A stretch of DNA of 64,000 nt, from assembly GCF_013004595.1 (NCBI RefSeq), contig NZ_JABEMC010000004.1:186001-250000 (forward strand), read 5' to 3'. A program made the translations under genes and the position numbers. The stretch's first letter is position 1, and every line of letters starts with the position of its first letter. Under the pieces are notes generated by a model, which searched no databases, was not told the origin of the DNA, and saw only the letters and a program-made list of their open reading frames with translations. This document shows, piece by piece, positions 48,200-57,968 of this stretch. This DNA is from Brevibacterium luteolum (GTDB lineage: Bacteria; Actinomycetota; Actinomycetes; Actinomycetales; Brevibacteriaceae).

Positions 48200-48694
48200 T
48201 CAGGCCTCAGGTTCCGGTTCCGGCTCAGCCTCGGCGCGGCGCAGGCCGATCGTCAGCCCGACGATCGCAGCGACGAACACAGCACTGAGCCCGAGAGTGA
48301 CAGCTGGGTTCTCCCGGTAGGCAGTGGCGACCGCGCTGAGGCCGACGAGCCCGACGGTCGAGTAGATGAGCGCCCACACCGCCCCGCCTATTCCCAGGGC
48401 CGGCAGATAGCGGCGCAGGCTCATGCCGATCGATCCGGCAGCGAGGTTGACGACCGTCTGCACGCCGATGAGCAGGAAGCTCACCGCCACTGCTGCCGCC
48501 CCATAGCGGCGCAGCAGCTGCTCGGCGTGCTGATAGCGACCCGACTGCATGATCCGCTCGACCCGCTGGATGCGGCTGACACCGCGCCGGGCGAGCCTGC
48601 CGAGCAGGTAGGTGCCGCCGGCACGGAAGATGATGACGGCATACATGATGAGCCACACGACGAAGAGCGGCAGCGGCCAGTCAGCGGGATTCAC
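48200..48694 (-). CDS. DedA/VTT-family membrane protein
   Basis: RAGGTYLLGR, LRRYGAAAVAVSFLLIGVQT.VN.AAG, RYLPAL..G..VWALIY. Confidence 0.85.
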   Translation of the reverse strand: MNPADWPLPLFVVWLIMYAVIIFRAGGTYLLGRLARRGVSRIQRVERIMQSGRYQHAEQLLRRYGAAAVAVSFLLIGVQTVVNLAAGSIGMSLRRYLPALGIGGAVWALIYSTVGLVGLSAVATAYRENPAVTLGLSAVFVAAIVGLTIGLRRAEAEPEPEPEA

Positions 48695-48857
48695 CGCTCC
48701 ATCGTAGACCCTCACTTCGGTTCTCCTCACCTGCAGAACCCGGCATCCGGTGTGAGCTTGCCTACCCCAGGCTCCGGCCCGGTGCTCCCGCGCTGCCACC
48801 CGGCCACGGGCTAGGATTCACTCAGAGCCCGTCTGAGCCCGGAGGAACCACATCATC

Positions 48858-51800
48858 GTGCATGCACCGCAGTTCCCGGGAGCGCACCTCGCTGCCCCTG
48901 AACGCACGCTCATCGACATCCTCATCGACGTCGCAGCCCAGCACCCGGAAGCACCAGCCCTTGACGACGGTGTGCGCTCCATCAGCTACACCCAGCTGCT
49001 GGAGGCGATGCGCGACTTCGGCCACCAGCTCCACGCCGCCGGTGTCGGCCCCGGCGACAAGGTCGGCGTGCGCGTCCCCTCAGGCACCCTCGACCTCTAC
49101 ATTGCGATCCTCTCGACCCTCATGATCGGCGCAGCCTACGTCCCCGTCGACGTCGACGACCCGGATGAGCGGGCCGCCACCGTGTTCTCCGAAGCCGCCG
49201 TCACTGCGATCGTCACCGCCGGGCTGCAGATCGAGTCGCGCCGCGACCCCGCGACCGAGGCGGTGCCCGCCCTGCGTGCCCCGGAGCCTGATGATGACTG
49301 CTGGGTGATCTTCACCTCCGGTTCGACCGGCAAACCCAAAGGCGTGGCCGTCACCCACCGCTCAGCTGCCGCCTTCGTCGACGCCGAAGCGCGGATCTTC
49401 TGCCAAGACGAGCCGATCGGCCCCGGCGACCGGGTGCTCGCAGGCCTCTCGGTGGCCTTCGATGCCAGCTGCGAGGAGATGTGGCTGGCCTGGGCGCACG
49501 GTGCCTGTCTCGTGCCCGCCCCGCGCGCACTTGTGAAGTCCGGCATGGATCTCGGCCCCTGGCTGGCCGGCCGGCGCATCAGCATCGTCTCGACCGTGCC
49601 CACCCTGGCGGCCCTGTGGCCGGCCGAGACGCTTGAAAGCGTCCGGCTGCTCATCTTCGGCGGCGAGGCCTGCCCACCGGAGCTCGCCCAGCGGCTGTCC
49701 GATGGCACCCGCGAGGTGTGGAACACCTATGGGCCGACCGAGGCGACCGTCGTCGCCTGCGCCGCCCCGCTCGGCGGGCCCGGTCCGGTGCGCATCGGCC
49801 TGCCGCTCGACGGCTGGGACCTCGCCATCGTCGACTCCGAGGGCATCCCGGTTGCCGAAGGCGAGACCGGTGAGCTCATCATCGGCGGCGTCGGCCTGGC
49901 CCGCTACCTCGACCCGGCCAAGGATGCCGAGAAGTACGCACCCATGCCCACCCTCGGCTGGCAGCGCGCCTACCGCTCCGGCGACCTCGTCGTCAACGAC
50001 CCGGACGGGCTGCTGTTCGTCGGCCGCGCCGATGAGCAGATCAAGCTCGGCGGCCGCCGCATCGAACTCGGTGAGATCGACGCCGCCCTCCAGGCGCTGC
50101 CCGGTGTCGCCGGCGGAGCTGCCGCAGTCAAGGACACCCCGGCTGGCACCCAGCTGCTCATCGGCTATCTCGCTCCAGCCGACACCTCGGCGCCGGCGCC
50201 CCTGACCGGCTGGGAGGCACAGCTGCGCGAGGTGCTGCCACCGGCGCTCGTCCCCCGCCTGGCGGTCGTCGACAGGCTGCCGACGAAGACCTCGGGCAAG
50301 GTCGACCGCAATGCTCTGCCGTGGCCGTTGGAGGAGATCCTCGATGACGACTCCGGGGAGGCCGTGCCCGAGGAGGCCGCCTGGATCGCCGAGCAGTGGC
50401 AGGCCGTCCTCGGCGGCCGGCCCGGCATGGACACCGACTTCTTCACCGCCGGCGGCGGCTCGCTGGCTGCCGCCCAGCTCGTCTCCCGACTGCGCGCCCG
50501 CCACACCTCGATCACCGTCGGCGATGTCTACTCCCGGCCGCGCTTCGGTGCACTGGCCGAACTCTGCCTGGGCGAAGAGGGCGCCGCCAGCCCCGTCGCC
50601 GGCCGGCACCGGGACGTCACCCGCACCCGCCGGTCGATGCAGTGGCTGCAGACCCTGCTCGGCATGCTGCTGCACATCCTGGCCGGCATGCGCTGGGTCG
50701 TCCTCGTCATGGGCGGTGCCAACCTCGCCGCCTGGCAGGGCGCTCCGCTCATCACCACCCCGTGGTGGCTCATCATCGCCCTGTGGCTCGTGTTCGTCTC
50801 CGGCTGGGGCCGGATGCTCGTCTCGGCTCTCGCCGCCCGCGCCCTCATGGCAGGTGTGAAACCCGGGGTGTATCCGCGTTCGGGCAGCGTGCACCTGAGG
50901 CTCTGGCTGGCCGAGAGCATCCAGGACCTCGCCGCCGCCGTCTCGGTCGCCAACGCCCCCTGGGTGACGTGGTATGCCCGGCTGCTGGGCAACAAGATCG
51001 GCCGCGACGTCGACATGCACACCATCCCGCCGGTCACCGGCCTGCTGACGATCGCCCGCGGTGCGGCCGTCGAACCCGAAGTCGACCTCAAGGGCTGGTG
51101 GGTCGACGGCGACCTGCTGCGCATCGGCACCATCGACATCGGCCGCGACGCCACCGTCGGGGCACGCTCAACACTCATGCCCGGCACCCGCATCGGCCAA
51201 GACGCCCACGTCGAACCCGGCTCCGCGGTGACCGGGAAGGTGCGCAAGAACCAGGTGTTCTCCGGCTCACCGGCCGTGCGCATCGGCAAGAAGAAGCGCA
51301 CCTGGCCCGACCCGCCCGACCGGCGTGCGCGCACGCCATTCCTGTTCTACGCCCTCGGCTCCCAGCTGCACGCCCTCATCCCCTACATCGCACTCATCCC
51401 CGGGATCGCGCTCATGCTGGCACTCACCGGGCCCGAGGTGTTCGCCCAGCCGCTGACGCTGCTCGCCTGGGCACCAGTACAGGCGCTCATCTGGTTCCTC
51501 ACCACCGCACTGCTCGTCGTCGTCTCGGTGCGCACCTTAGCGATCGGGATGCGCGAGGGCCTGTTCCCGGTCCGGTCGATGATGGGCTTCAGGCTGTGGG
51601 CCACCGAGCGGATCCTCGATATGGCCCGCGACCTGCTCTTCCCGCTGTATGCCAGCCTGTTCACCCCGATCTGGCTGCGCATCCTGGGAGCGAAGGTCGG
51701 CCGCAACGTCGAAGTCTCCACCGTCCTGCTTGTGCCCTCGATGACGCAGATCGCCTCCGGGGCGTTCCTGGCCGATGACACGATGGTCGCCTCCTATGAG

Positions 51801-52850
51801 CTCGGCCACGGCTGGATGCGCATCGGCCGGGCCAAGGTCGGCAAACGCGCCTTCCTCGGCAACTCCGGCATCGCCGCAGCCGGACGCCGCGTGCCGAAGA
51901 ACGCGCTTGTCGCCGTGCTCTCAGCCGCACCGATCAAGGCTAAGAAGGGCAGCTCGTGGATCGGCTCCCCGCCGGTCGAGCTGCGCCGCAGCGAAGTTGA
52001 TGCCGATGAGGCCCTGACCTACAACCCGCCTGTCCGCCTCAAGGTCGCCCGCGGCTGCTGGGAAGTGCTGCGCGGCCTGTCCGTCATCACCGCAGGCCTG
52101 CTCATCACCGGGCTGCTCATCACGCTCTACGGACTGCTCGCAGCCGGTGCCGCACTCGCCGAGGCGACCGGCGCCTCGGCAGCGGTGCTGGCACCCCTGA
52201 CGCTCGTCATCGGCTCCGGTGTCGTCATGATGGCCACCGGAGCTGTGGCCGCCGGGGTCGCGGTCATCGTCAAGTGGATCTTCGTCGGCCGCACCGGGCC
52301 GAGCGAGCATCCGCTGTGGTCGAGCTTCATCTGGCGCAACGAGGTCGCCGACTGCTTCGTCGAGCTCATCGCCGCCCCGTGGTTCGCCCGAACCGCCGTC
52401 GGCACCCCGGCACTCGTGTGGTTCCTGCGCGCCCTCGGCGCCAAGATCGGCCACGGCGTGTGGTGTGAGACCTACTGGCTGCCTGAGGCCGACCTCGTGA
52501 CACTGTCCGACAACTCCACAGTCAACCGCGGCTGTGTCGTCCAGACCCACCTGTTCCACGACCGGGTGATGTCCCTGGACACCGTCACCCTCGATGCGGG
52601 TGCCACACTCGGGCCCAACAGCGTCATCCTGCCAGCGGCCAGGATCGGCCAGGCCGCCACCGTCGGGCCGACCTCGCTGGTCATGCGCGGGGAGTTCGTG
52701 CCCCCGCACGCCTACTTCTCCGGCAACCCCGTCGTCCCGTGGATCGACGCCCCGCCCCTGCCGGAGACCCCGCACCGGCCCGAACCGGCCGGCACAGAAC
52801 GCACCACCTGCCCACCTGAGACCCCGACCGATTCCGAGGACACCCGTTGA
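48858..52850 (+). CDS. pls: Pls/PosA-family single-module membrane NRPS (epsilon-poly-L-lysine synthetase-like)
   Basis: A domain (FTSGSTGKPKG, FDAS, NTYGPTE, YRSGD, GRADEQIK, SGKVDR), carrier domain DFFTAGGGSL, three TM pairs alternating with three beta-helix repeats (RLLGNKIG, RILGAKVG, RALGAKIG..QTHLFHDR); no C or TE domain. Confidence 0.9.
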   Translation: MHAPQFPGAHLAAPERTLIDILIDVAAQHPEAPALDDGVRSISYTQLLEAMRDFGHQLHAAGVGPGDKVGVRVPSGTLDLYIAILSTLMIGAAYVPVDVDDPDERAATVFSEAAVTAIVTAGLQIESRRDPATEAVPALRAPEPDDDCWVIFTSGSTGKPKGVAVTHRSAAAFVDAEARIFCQDEPIGPGDRVLAGLSVAFDASCEEMWLAWAHGACLVPAPRALVKSGMDLGPWLAGRRISIVSTVPTLAALWPAETLESVRLLIFGGEACPPELAQRLSDGTREVWNTYGPTEATVVACAAPLGGPGPVRIGLPLDGWDLAIVDSEGIPVAEGETGELIIGGVGLARYLDPAKDAEKYAPMPTLGWQRAYRSGDLVVNDPDGLLFVGRADEQIKLGGRRIELGEIDAALQALPGVAGGAAAVKDTPAGTQLLIGYLAPADTSAPAPLTGWEAQLREVLPPALVPRLAVVDRLPTKTSGKVDRNALPWPLEEILDDDSGEAVPEEAAWIAEQWQAVLGGRPGMDTDFFTAGGGSLAAAQLVSRLRARHTSITVGDVYSRPRFGALAELCLGEEGAASPVAGRHRDVTRTRRSMQWLQTLLGMLLHILAGMRWVVLVMGGANLAAWQGAPLITTPWWLIIALWLVFVSGWGRMLVSALAARALMAGVKPGVYPRSGSVHLRLWLAESIQDLAAAVSVANAPWVTWYARLLGNKIGRDVDMHTIPPVTGLLTIARGAAVEPEVDLKGWWVDGDLLRIGTIDIGRDATVGARSTLMPGTRIGQDAHVEPGSAVTGKVRKNQVFSGSPAVRIGKKKRTWPDPPDRRARTPFLFYALGSQLHALIPYIALIPGIALMLALTGPEVFAQPLTLLAWAPVQALIWFLTTALLVVVSVRTLAIGMREGLFPVRSMMGFRLWATERILDMARDLLFPLYASLFTPIWLRILGAKVGRNVEVSTVLLVPSMTQIASGAFLADDTMVASYELGHGWMRIGRAKVGKRAFLGNSGIAAAGRRVPKNALVAVLSAAPIKAKKGSSWIGSPPVELRRSEVDADEALTYNPPVRLKVARGCWEVLRGLSVITAGLLITGLLITLYGLLAAGAALAEATGASAAVLAPLTLVIGSGVVMMATGAVAAGVAVIVKWIFVGRTGPSEHPLWSSFIWRNEVADCFVELIAAPWFARTAVGTPALVWFLRALGAKIGHGVWCETYWLPEADLVTLSDNSTVNRGCVVQTHLFHDRVMSLDTVTLDAGATLGPNSVILPAARIGQAATVGPTSLVMRGEFVPPHAYFSGNPVVPWIDAPPLPETPHRPEPAGTERTTCPPETPTDSEDTR

Positions 52851-54154
52851 CCGCTGTCGACTCCTACACACCTGACTCCGGCACCACCATGCTGCGGGTC
52901 GAGCACTACGACCTCACGCTCGACTACCGCATCGCCCCCAACCGGCTCGCCGGCCATGCGCGGCTGCGGGTCCGCCTGCTGGAGGACAGCAGCGCCTTCG
53001 AACTCGACCTGGCCGGCCTGCAGGTGTCCAAGGCGATCGTCGACGGCACCCGCGCCCGGTGGCGGCAGCGCGGCCGCAAGCTCATCGTCCAGCCCCGCCG
53101 GGCCTATCAGCGCGGCAGCCTGGCCACCGTCGAGATCTCCTATGCCGGCAATCCGCAGCCGGCGATGGGCATGTGGGGTGATGTCGGCTGGGAGGAGCTG
53201 ACCGACGGGGTGCTCGTCGCCGGTCAGCCCAACGGGGCGGCCACCTGGTTCCCGTGCAACGACCACCCTTCGAACAAGGCCGACTTCCGCATCTCTGTCC
53301 TCGTCGAATCGCCCTACACGGTCATCTCCAACGGCCGGCTCGTGAGCACCTCCCGCAAGGCCGGGCGCACCCGCTGGGTGTGGGAGTCCCAGGCGCCGCT
53401 GGCCCCGTACCTGGCGACCGTGCAGATCGGGCAGTACGAGACGACCGAGCTGGCACCGGCCCAGCGGCCGGGCCCGGTGCCGATGAGCATCGCCTGCTCA
53501 CGCGGACTCCGGGAGCGCGCCCAGCGTGCCCTGAGCAAGCAGCACGACATGATGCGCATCTTCAGCGACTGGTTCGGCCCGTATCCCTTCGAGCACTACG
53601 GCGTCGTCATCACCGATGACGTGCTCGAGATCCCGCTGGAGTCCCAGCCACTGTCGATCCTGGGACCGAACCACCTGGCCGCGACCTGGGAAGCCGAACG
53701 GCTCGTCGCCCACGAGATGGCCCACCAGTGGTTCGGCAATTCGCTCACCCTCACCCACTGGTCGGACATCTGGCTCAATGAGGGCTTCGCCTGCTACTCC
53801 GAATGGCTGTGGGCCCAGGCCGCCGGGCGCGGTCGCACCGATGAGCTCGCCCGCATCCACTGGGATCTGCTCGAGCGCCAGCGCCAGGATCTGGTGCTGG
53901 CCGACCCAGGCCCAGCCGAGATGTTCGATGATCGGATCTATAAGCGCGGGGCGCTGACACTGCACGCCCTGAGGCTGCACATCGGCGATGAGTGGTTCCG
54001 GCGGCTGCTGCGCGGCTGGACGCAGCGCTACCGGCACGGCTACGTCACGACCGCCGACTTCCTCGCCCTCGCAGCAGAGGTCACCGGCTCCTCGGTCGCG
54101 CCGATCGTCGACCCGTGGCTGTACGAGGAGAAGCTGCCGCTGCTGCCGAACTGA
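52847..54154 (+). CDS. M1-family zinc aminopeptidase (Pld-like)
   Basis: WFPCNDHP, HEMAHQWFGN...WLNEGFA (HExxH-x18-E), IYKRGA; TTGA overlap with pls; no signal peptide. Confidence 0.92.
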   Translation: MTAVDSYTPDSGTTMLRVEHYDLTLDYRIAPNRLAGHARLRVRLLEDSSAFELDLAGLQVSKAIVDGTRARWRQRGRKLIVQPRRAYQRGSLATVEISYAGNPQPAMGMWGDVGWEELTDGVLVAGQPNGAATWFPCNDHPSNKADFRISVLVESPYTVISNGRLVSTSRKAGRTRWVWESQAPLAPYLATVQIGQYETTELAPAQRPGPVPMSIACSRGLRERAQRALSKQHDMMRIFSDWFGPYPFEHYGVVITDDVLEIPLESQPLSILGPNHLAATWEAERLVAHEMAHQWFGNSLTLTHWSDIWLNEGFACYSEWLWAQAAGRGRTDELARIHWDLLERQRQDLVLADPGPAEMFDDRIYKRGALTLHALRLHIGDEWFRRLLRGWTQRYRHGYVTTADFLALAAEVTGSSVAPIVDPWLYEEKLPLLPN

Positions 54155-54190
54155 CCGGCCCCCCGCCGCACGCGCTGGCAGGTTGTGGGC

Positions 54191-54685
54191 TCAGAGCTGT
54201 TTGAGCATGACATCGCCGTCGCCGGAGCGGCCGATGTTGGAGAATCCGAGCTGAGTGTAGAGGTGCTTGGACATGTTCCCGTCGGACACCGACAGGCTGA
54301 CCGCCGAATATCCGGACACAGCCGCGAGCCGGCACAGCGTGTGCAGCAGCTGGCGGCCAGCGCCCTTGGCCTGGAAATCCGGTTTCACGGCGATGGACAC
54401 CTCGGGAATGTCATCGGCCACCCAGCCGTAGCCAGGCGGATCGCTCAGCAGCCGGCACCAGGCCGCACCGACCGGCTGGTTCTCCTCGTCCCAGGCGATG
54501 ACGGCGATGTCGCCGTCGCGGCCCCAGCCGTCGATGTAGGCGGAGAGCTGGTCGTCGGCTTCGATGACTGAGGCATCGAGCTCAGGGGCGCCGGGCGACC
54601 AATTGATGCACTGCAGCAGGAAGGGCAGCAGCAGCTCGCGTGCTTCTGCCGGCATGCGGTCTGCTGGCAGCGGTGTGATGTGCAT
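54191..54685 (-). CDS. GNAT-family N-acetyltransferase
   Basis: VGAAWCR, GYGWV, PEVSIAVKPDFQAKGAGRQL, SLSV..GN...LYTQLGF. Confidence 0.88.
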   Translation of the reverse strand: MHITPLPADRMPAEARELLLPFLLQCINWSPGAPELDASVIEADDQLSAYIDGWGRDGDIAVIAWDEENQPVGAAWCRLLSDPPGYGWVADDIPEVSIAVKPDFQAKGAGRQLLHTLCRLAAVSGYSAVSLSVSDGNMSKHLYTQLGFSNIGRSGDGDVMLKQL

Positions 54686-54761
54686 GGGTGTCCTCTCCGT
54701 CTTCGGCCTCCACCAGCGTAATCGCAGTCAGCACGAAGTCTGTGCAGATTCCGCCTGCTGA

Positions 54762-56093
54762 TCAGGAGCGTCCGGCAACCGCCTCGGCGCGGCGGATCCA
54801 GGCGTCGTTGCGGACCCGGAAGCCCAGGCCGATTGCGCGCAGGGCGACAAAGCCGATGCCGAAGCAGGCCCACAGCACCGTCACCGTCGGCCACTGGGTG
54901 TAGATGAGCGCGAGGATGCCACAGTAGCCGAGGAAGGCGGCCAGCTGCGCGAAAGCGAGATAGCGGGCGTCTTCAGCACCCATGAGCACGCCGTCGAGGG
55001 TGAAGACGTACCCGGCGATCGGCATGCTGATGGCCAGCACGATGACAAGCGGGGTCAGCAGGCCGCGCACCTCCGGATCGGAGGTGAACACGAACCCGAT
55101 GAGCGGTGAGACAGCGGCGAGGATGATGCCGACGAGGACGCCGAAGCCGATCCCCCACTGGATGAGCCGCCGGTTGATCGCAGCCACCCGTTCGCGGTTG
55201 CGGTAGCCCAGCTGCAGGCCGATCATCGCCTGCCCGGCGATGGCGAGCGCGTCGAGGACGAGGGCCAGGGAGTTGAACAGCGTCTGGATGATCTGGATCG
55301 CGGCCAGCTGGACGGTGCCCAGACTGGTGGCGAGCACGATGAGGACGATCATCGCTCCGCGCAGGGACATATTGCGCATGAGCAGCCAGCCCGACGTGCG
55401 GGCTGAGGCGAGCACTCCGGACCAGTCCGGGCGAATCGGTGCGTGATGGCGGCGGGCGGCACGCACGGCGATGACGAGGTAGATCGAGCACATCCCGACA
55501 TGCGCCATGACTGAGCCGAGTGCGGAGCCGGCCACGCCCATGCCGAGGCCGTAGATGAACAGCGCATTGAGACCGATGTTGGCGAGGAACCCGCCGACGG
55601 CGACGTAGAGCGGGGTCTTGGTGTCCTGCAGTCCGCGCAGCAGCCCGGTGGCGGCAATGACGGTGAGCATGAACGGCAGTCCCCACCAGGAGATCGCAAG
55701 ATACGCATGGGCGCCGGCTGCCACCTCGGGAGCGGGGTTGAACCAGCTGATCGGCAGCTGAAGCAGCGGCAGTCCTGCTGCCAGCAGGATGAGCGAAGTC
55801 AGCAGCGCCAGCCAGATGCCGTCGAAGCCGGCGCCGATCGCTGCCGGGGTGTTGCCTTCGCCGAGTCTGCGGGCGACCCGCGGAGTGGTGGCGTAGGCGA
55901 GGAAGATCATGAGGCCGAGCACCGTCTGGATGATCGTCGAGGCGATCGCCAGCGCACCCAGCGATGCCGGTCCCAGGTGGCCGACCATCGCGGTGTCGGC
56001 GAGCAGGAAGACCGGCTCGGCGGCCAGCGCTCCGAGTGCCGGCAGCGCGAGGGCGAGGATCTCCTTGTCGAGGAAGCGGTTGCGGGTGGTGAT
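54762..56093 (-). CDS. MATE-family (DinF-like) efflux transporter
   Basis: ILALALPALGALAAEP..DTAMVGHLG, LRGLQDTKTP, LDALAIAGQ, DGVLMGA.D; about 12 TMs; start codon unresolved. Confidence 0.9.
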   Translation of the reverse strand: MTTRNRFLDKEILALALPALGALAAEPVFLLADTAMVGHLGPASLGALAIASTIIQTVLGLMIFLAYATTPRVARRLGEGNTPAAIGAGFDGIWLALLTSLILLAAGLPLLQLPISWFNPAPEVAAGAHAYLAISWWGLPFMLTVIAATGLLRGLQDTKTPLYVAVGGFLANIGLNALFIYGLGMGVAGSALGSVMAHVGMCSIYLVIAVRAARRHHAPIRPDWSGVLASARTSGWLLMRNMSLRGAMIVLIVLATSLGTVQLAAIQIIQTLFNSLALVLDALAIAGQAMIGLQLGYRNRERVAAINRRLIQWGIGFGVLVGIILAAVSPLIGFVFTSDPEVRGLLTPLVIVLAISMPIAGYVFTLDGVLMGAEDARYLAFAQLAAFLGYCGILALIYTQWPTVTVLWACFGIGFVALRAIGLGFRVRNDAWIRRAEAVAGRS

Positions 56094-56132
56094 CGGTGGG
56101 GCCTTTCGACGGGCGGTGGGGCTCGGACATGC

Positions 56133-56166
56133 CAAGAGGCGGATGCCGGGTGGCATCCGCCTCTTG
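56133..56166 (-). terminator. Hairpin after the acyl-CoA ligase gene
   Basis: Perfect 15-bp stem caagaggcggatgcc/ggcatccgcctcttg with 4-nt loop. Confidence 0.7.
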
Positions 56167-56211
56167 ATCATAGTCCCGCAGGTGTGTGCGGGAGCGGTTC
56201 GAGACTGTGAC

Positions 56212-57885
56212 TCAGCTCGCCTCGCTGGAGGCCTGCTCGGCTCCGATGCGGCGCATCTCGCGGCGCAGGATCTTGCCCGAGGCGGTCTTGGGCAGCGCTT
56301 CGATGAAGTTGACGTGGCGCGGGGCCTTGTAGGAGGCCAGGTGCTCACGGCAGTAGGCGACGAGTTCGTCCTCGGTGGCCTCAGCGCCGGGCTGGAGGCT
56401 GACGAAGGCGGTGACGGATTCGCCGCGGTACTCATCGGGCACGCCGACGACGGCGGCTTCGAGGACGGCCGGGTGGGTGTAGAGGACGTCTTCGACCTCG
56501 CGCGGCCAGACCTTGAAGCCGGCGGCGTTGATCATGTCCTTTTTGCGGTCGACGATGAACACCCAGCCGTCTTCGTCCATGAATCCGACGTCGCCGGTCT
56601 TGAGCTCCCCGTCGGGGATCTCCGAGGCCGAGGCGCCGGGGTTGTTGATGTACTGGCTGACGACCATCGGGCCGCGCACGCAGATCTCGCCGACCTCGCG
56701 GGGGCCGAGTTCGTTGCCCTCGTCGTCGAGGACGCGCACGACGGTGTCGGGCACCGGCAGTCCGCAGGACAGGTTGCCGCTGTCGGGGTCGACTGGGGCG
56801 CGCATGCCCGGCGGGACGACGACGCACTGGGCGGTCGTCTCGGTCAGTCCGTAGCCCTGGCCGATGTAGTGGCCGGTGCGCTCCTCGAACTTCCGCACGA
56901 TCGCATCGGGCAACGGCGCGCCGCCGGACATGAGCGACTTGAAGGAGTCGAAGGCGTCGGTGTCGAAGGTCGGGTGTGCCAGCAGCGCCATGTACGCGGT
57001 GGCCGGGCCGGCCATGTACTGCGGCTTCTCGCGGCGGAAGATCTCCAGGGTGCTGGCCGGTTCGAACCGGTAGTTCATCGCCAGGGCCGCGCCTATGGCG
57101 ACAGAGGCGATGAACTGGCAGACGAAGCCGGTGATGTGGAAGACCGGTGCGAGGGTGAAGATGACGTCGTTTTCGTCCAGACCCTGGTGGATGCCCAGGG
57201 ACAGGGAGTTGACGCTGACACCGCGGTGGGTCACCGCCGCGCCCTTCGACCGGCCGGAGGTGCCGGAGGTGTAGCCGATGATCGCGGTGTCATCGGGGCT
57301 GAGCTCAGGGGCGGGCACCGAGCGGCCCTCGTTGGCCTTGACGACGTCGAGGAGCTCTTCGCAGCCGGTGTCGTAGTGGTCGGCGAAGATCCCGAAGATG
57401 CGCTCATCGTTCGTCGTCTGGAAGTCGGTGTCCTGACACGTGAGCACCCATTCGAGGTCCTGGCTGTAGTTCTTGACCCGGTCGAGGTAGGCCGCAGCGG
57501 AGACGACGAGGCCGCGGATGCCGGAGTCGGCGAAGATGTGGCTGAGCTCGTCGCGGTACATCGGGTTGAGCGGCACCGGGATCGCACCGACCTTCCACGC
57601 CCCGAACACGGCGATGTGGTAGTGCGGGGTGTTCTGCAGGTACACGCCGATCCGGTCGCCCTTGCCGATGCCCTTGTCGGTCAGCCAGGTGGCGTAGGCG
57701 TCGGTCTGCCGATCGACCTCGGCCCATGTCGGTTCGTAGCCGAAGTAGGTGATGGCGCGGCGGTTGGGGAACTTCTCGACCGTCTCGCGCAGCAGCGCGT
57801 CACCGGTGGTGTGCGGGACGGGCTCATTGAGCTGGGACAGGTGGCTGTAGGTCTTGAGCCAGGGGCGGGTCTCCGAAATGCTCAT
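56212..57885 (-). CDS. Long-chain acyl-CoA synthetase
   Basis: YTSGTSGRSKG, GYGLTE, TGDVG, DRKKDMI, LPKTASGKI. Confidence 0.93.
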   Translation of the reverse strand: MSISETRPWLKTYSHLSQLNEPVPHTTGDALLRETVEKFPNRRAITYFGYEPTWAEVDRQTDAYATWLTDKGIGKGDRIGVYLQNTPHYHIAVFGAWKVGAIPVPLNPMYRDELSHIFADSGIRGLVVSAAAYLDRVKNYSQDLEWVLTCQDTDFQTTNDERIFGIFADHYDTGCEELLDVVKANEGRSVPAPELSPDDTAIIGYTSGTSGRSKGAAVTHRGVSVNSLSLGIHQGLDENDVIFTLAPVFHITGFVCQFIASVAIGAALAMNYRFEPASTLEIFRREKPQYMAGPATAYMALLAHPTFDTDAFDSFKSLMSGGAPLPDAIVRKFEERTGHYIGQGYGLTETTAQCVVVPPGMRAPVDPDSGNLSCGLPVPDTVVRVLDDEGNELGPREVGEICVRGPMVVSQYINNPGASASEIPDGELKTGDVGFMDEDGWVFIVDRKKDMINAAGFKVWPREVEDVLYTHPAVLEAAVVGVPDEYRGESVTAFVSLQPGAEATEDELVAYCREHLASYKAPRHVNFIEALPKTASGKILRREMRRIGAEQASSEAS

Positions 57886-57968
57886 CGTCTCTCCTCGGAT
57901 CGTCATGTTCGGAATTCGGGGTGTGCCCGGCGGTCAGCGGTGACCGCCGGGCGCAGGCCGGCTGATGA

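Noticed and set aside
48041..56200. Genomic island integrated at tRNA-Pro
   Set aside because: No integrase or transposase, no duplicated tRNA 3' end, no obvious compositional shift
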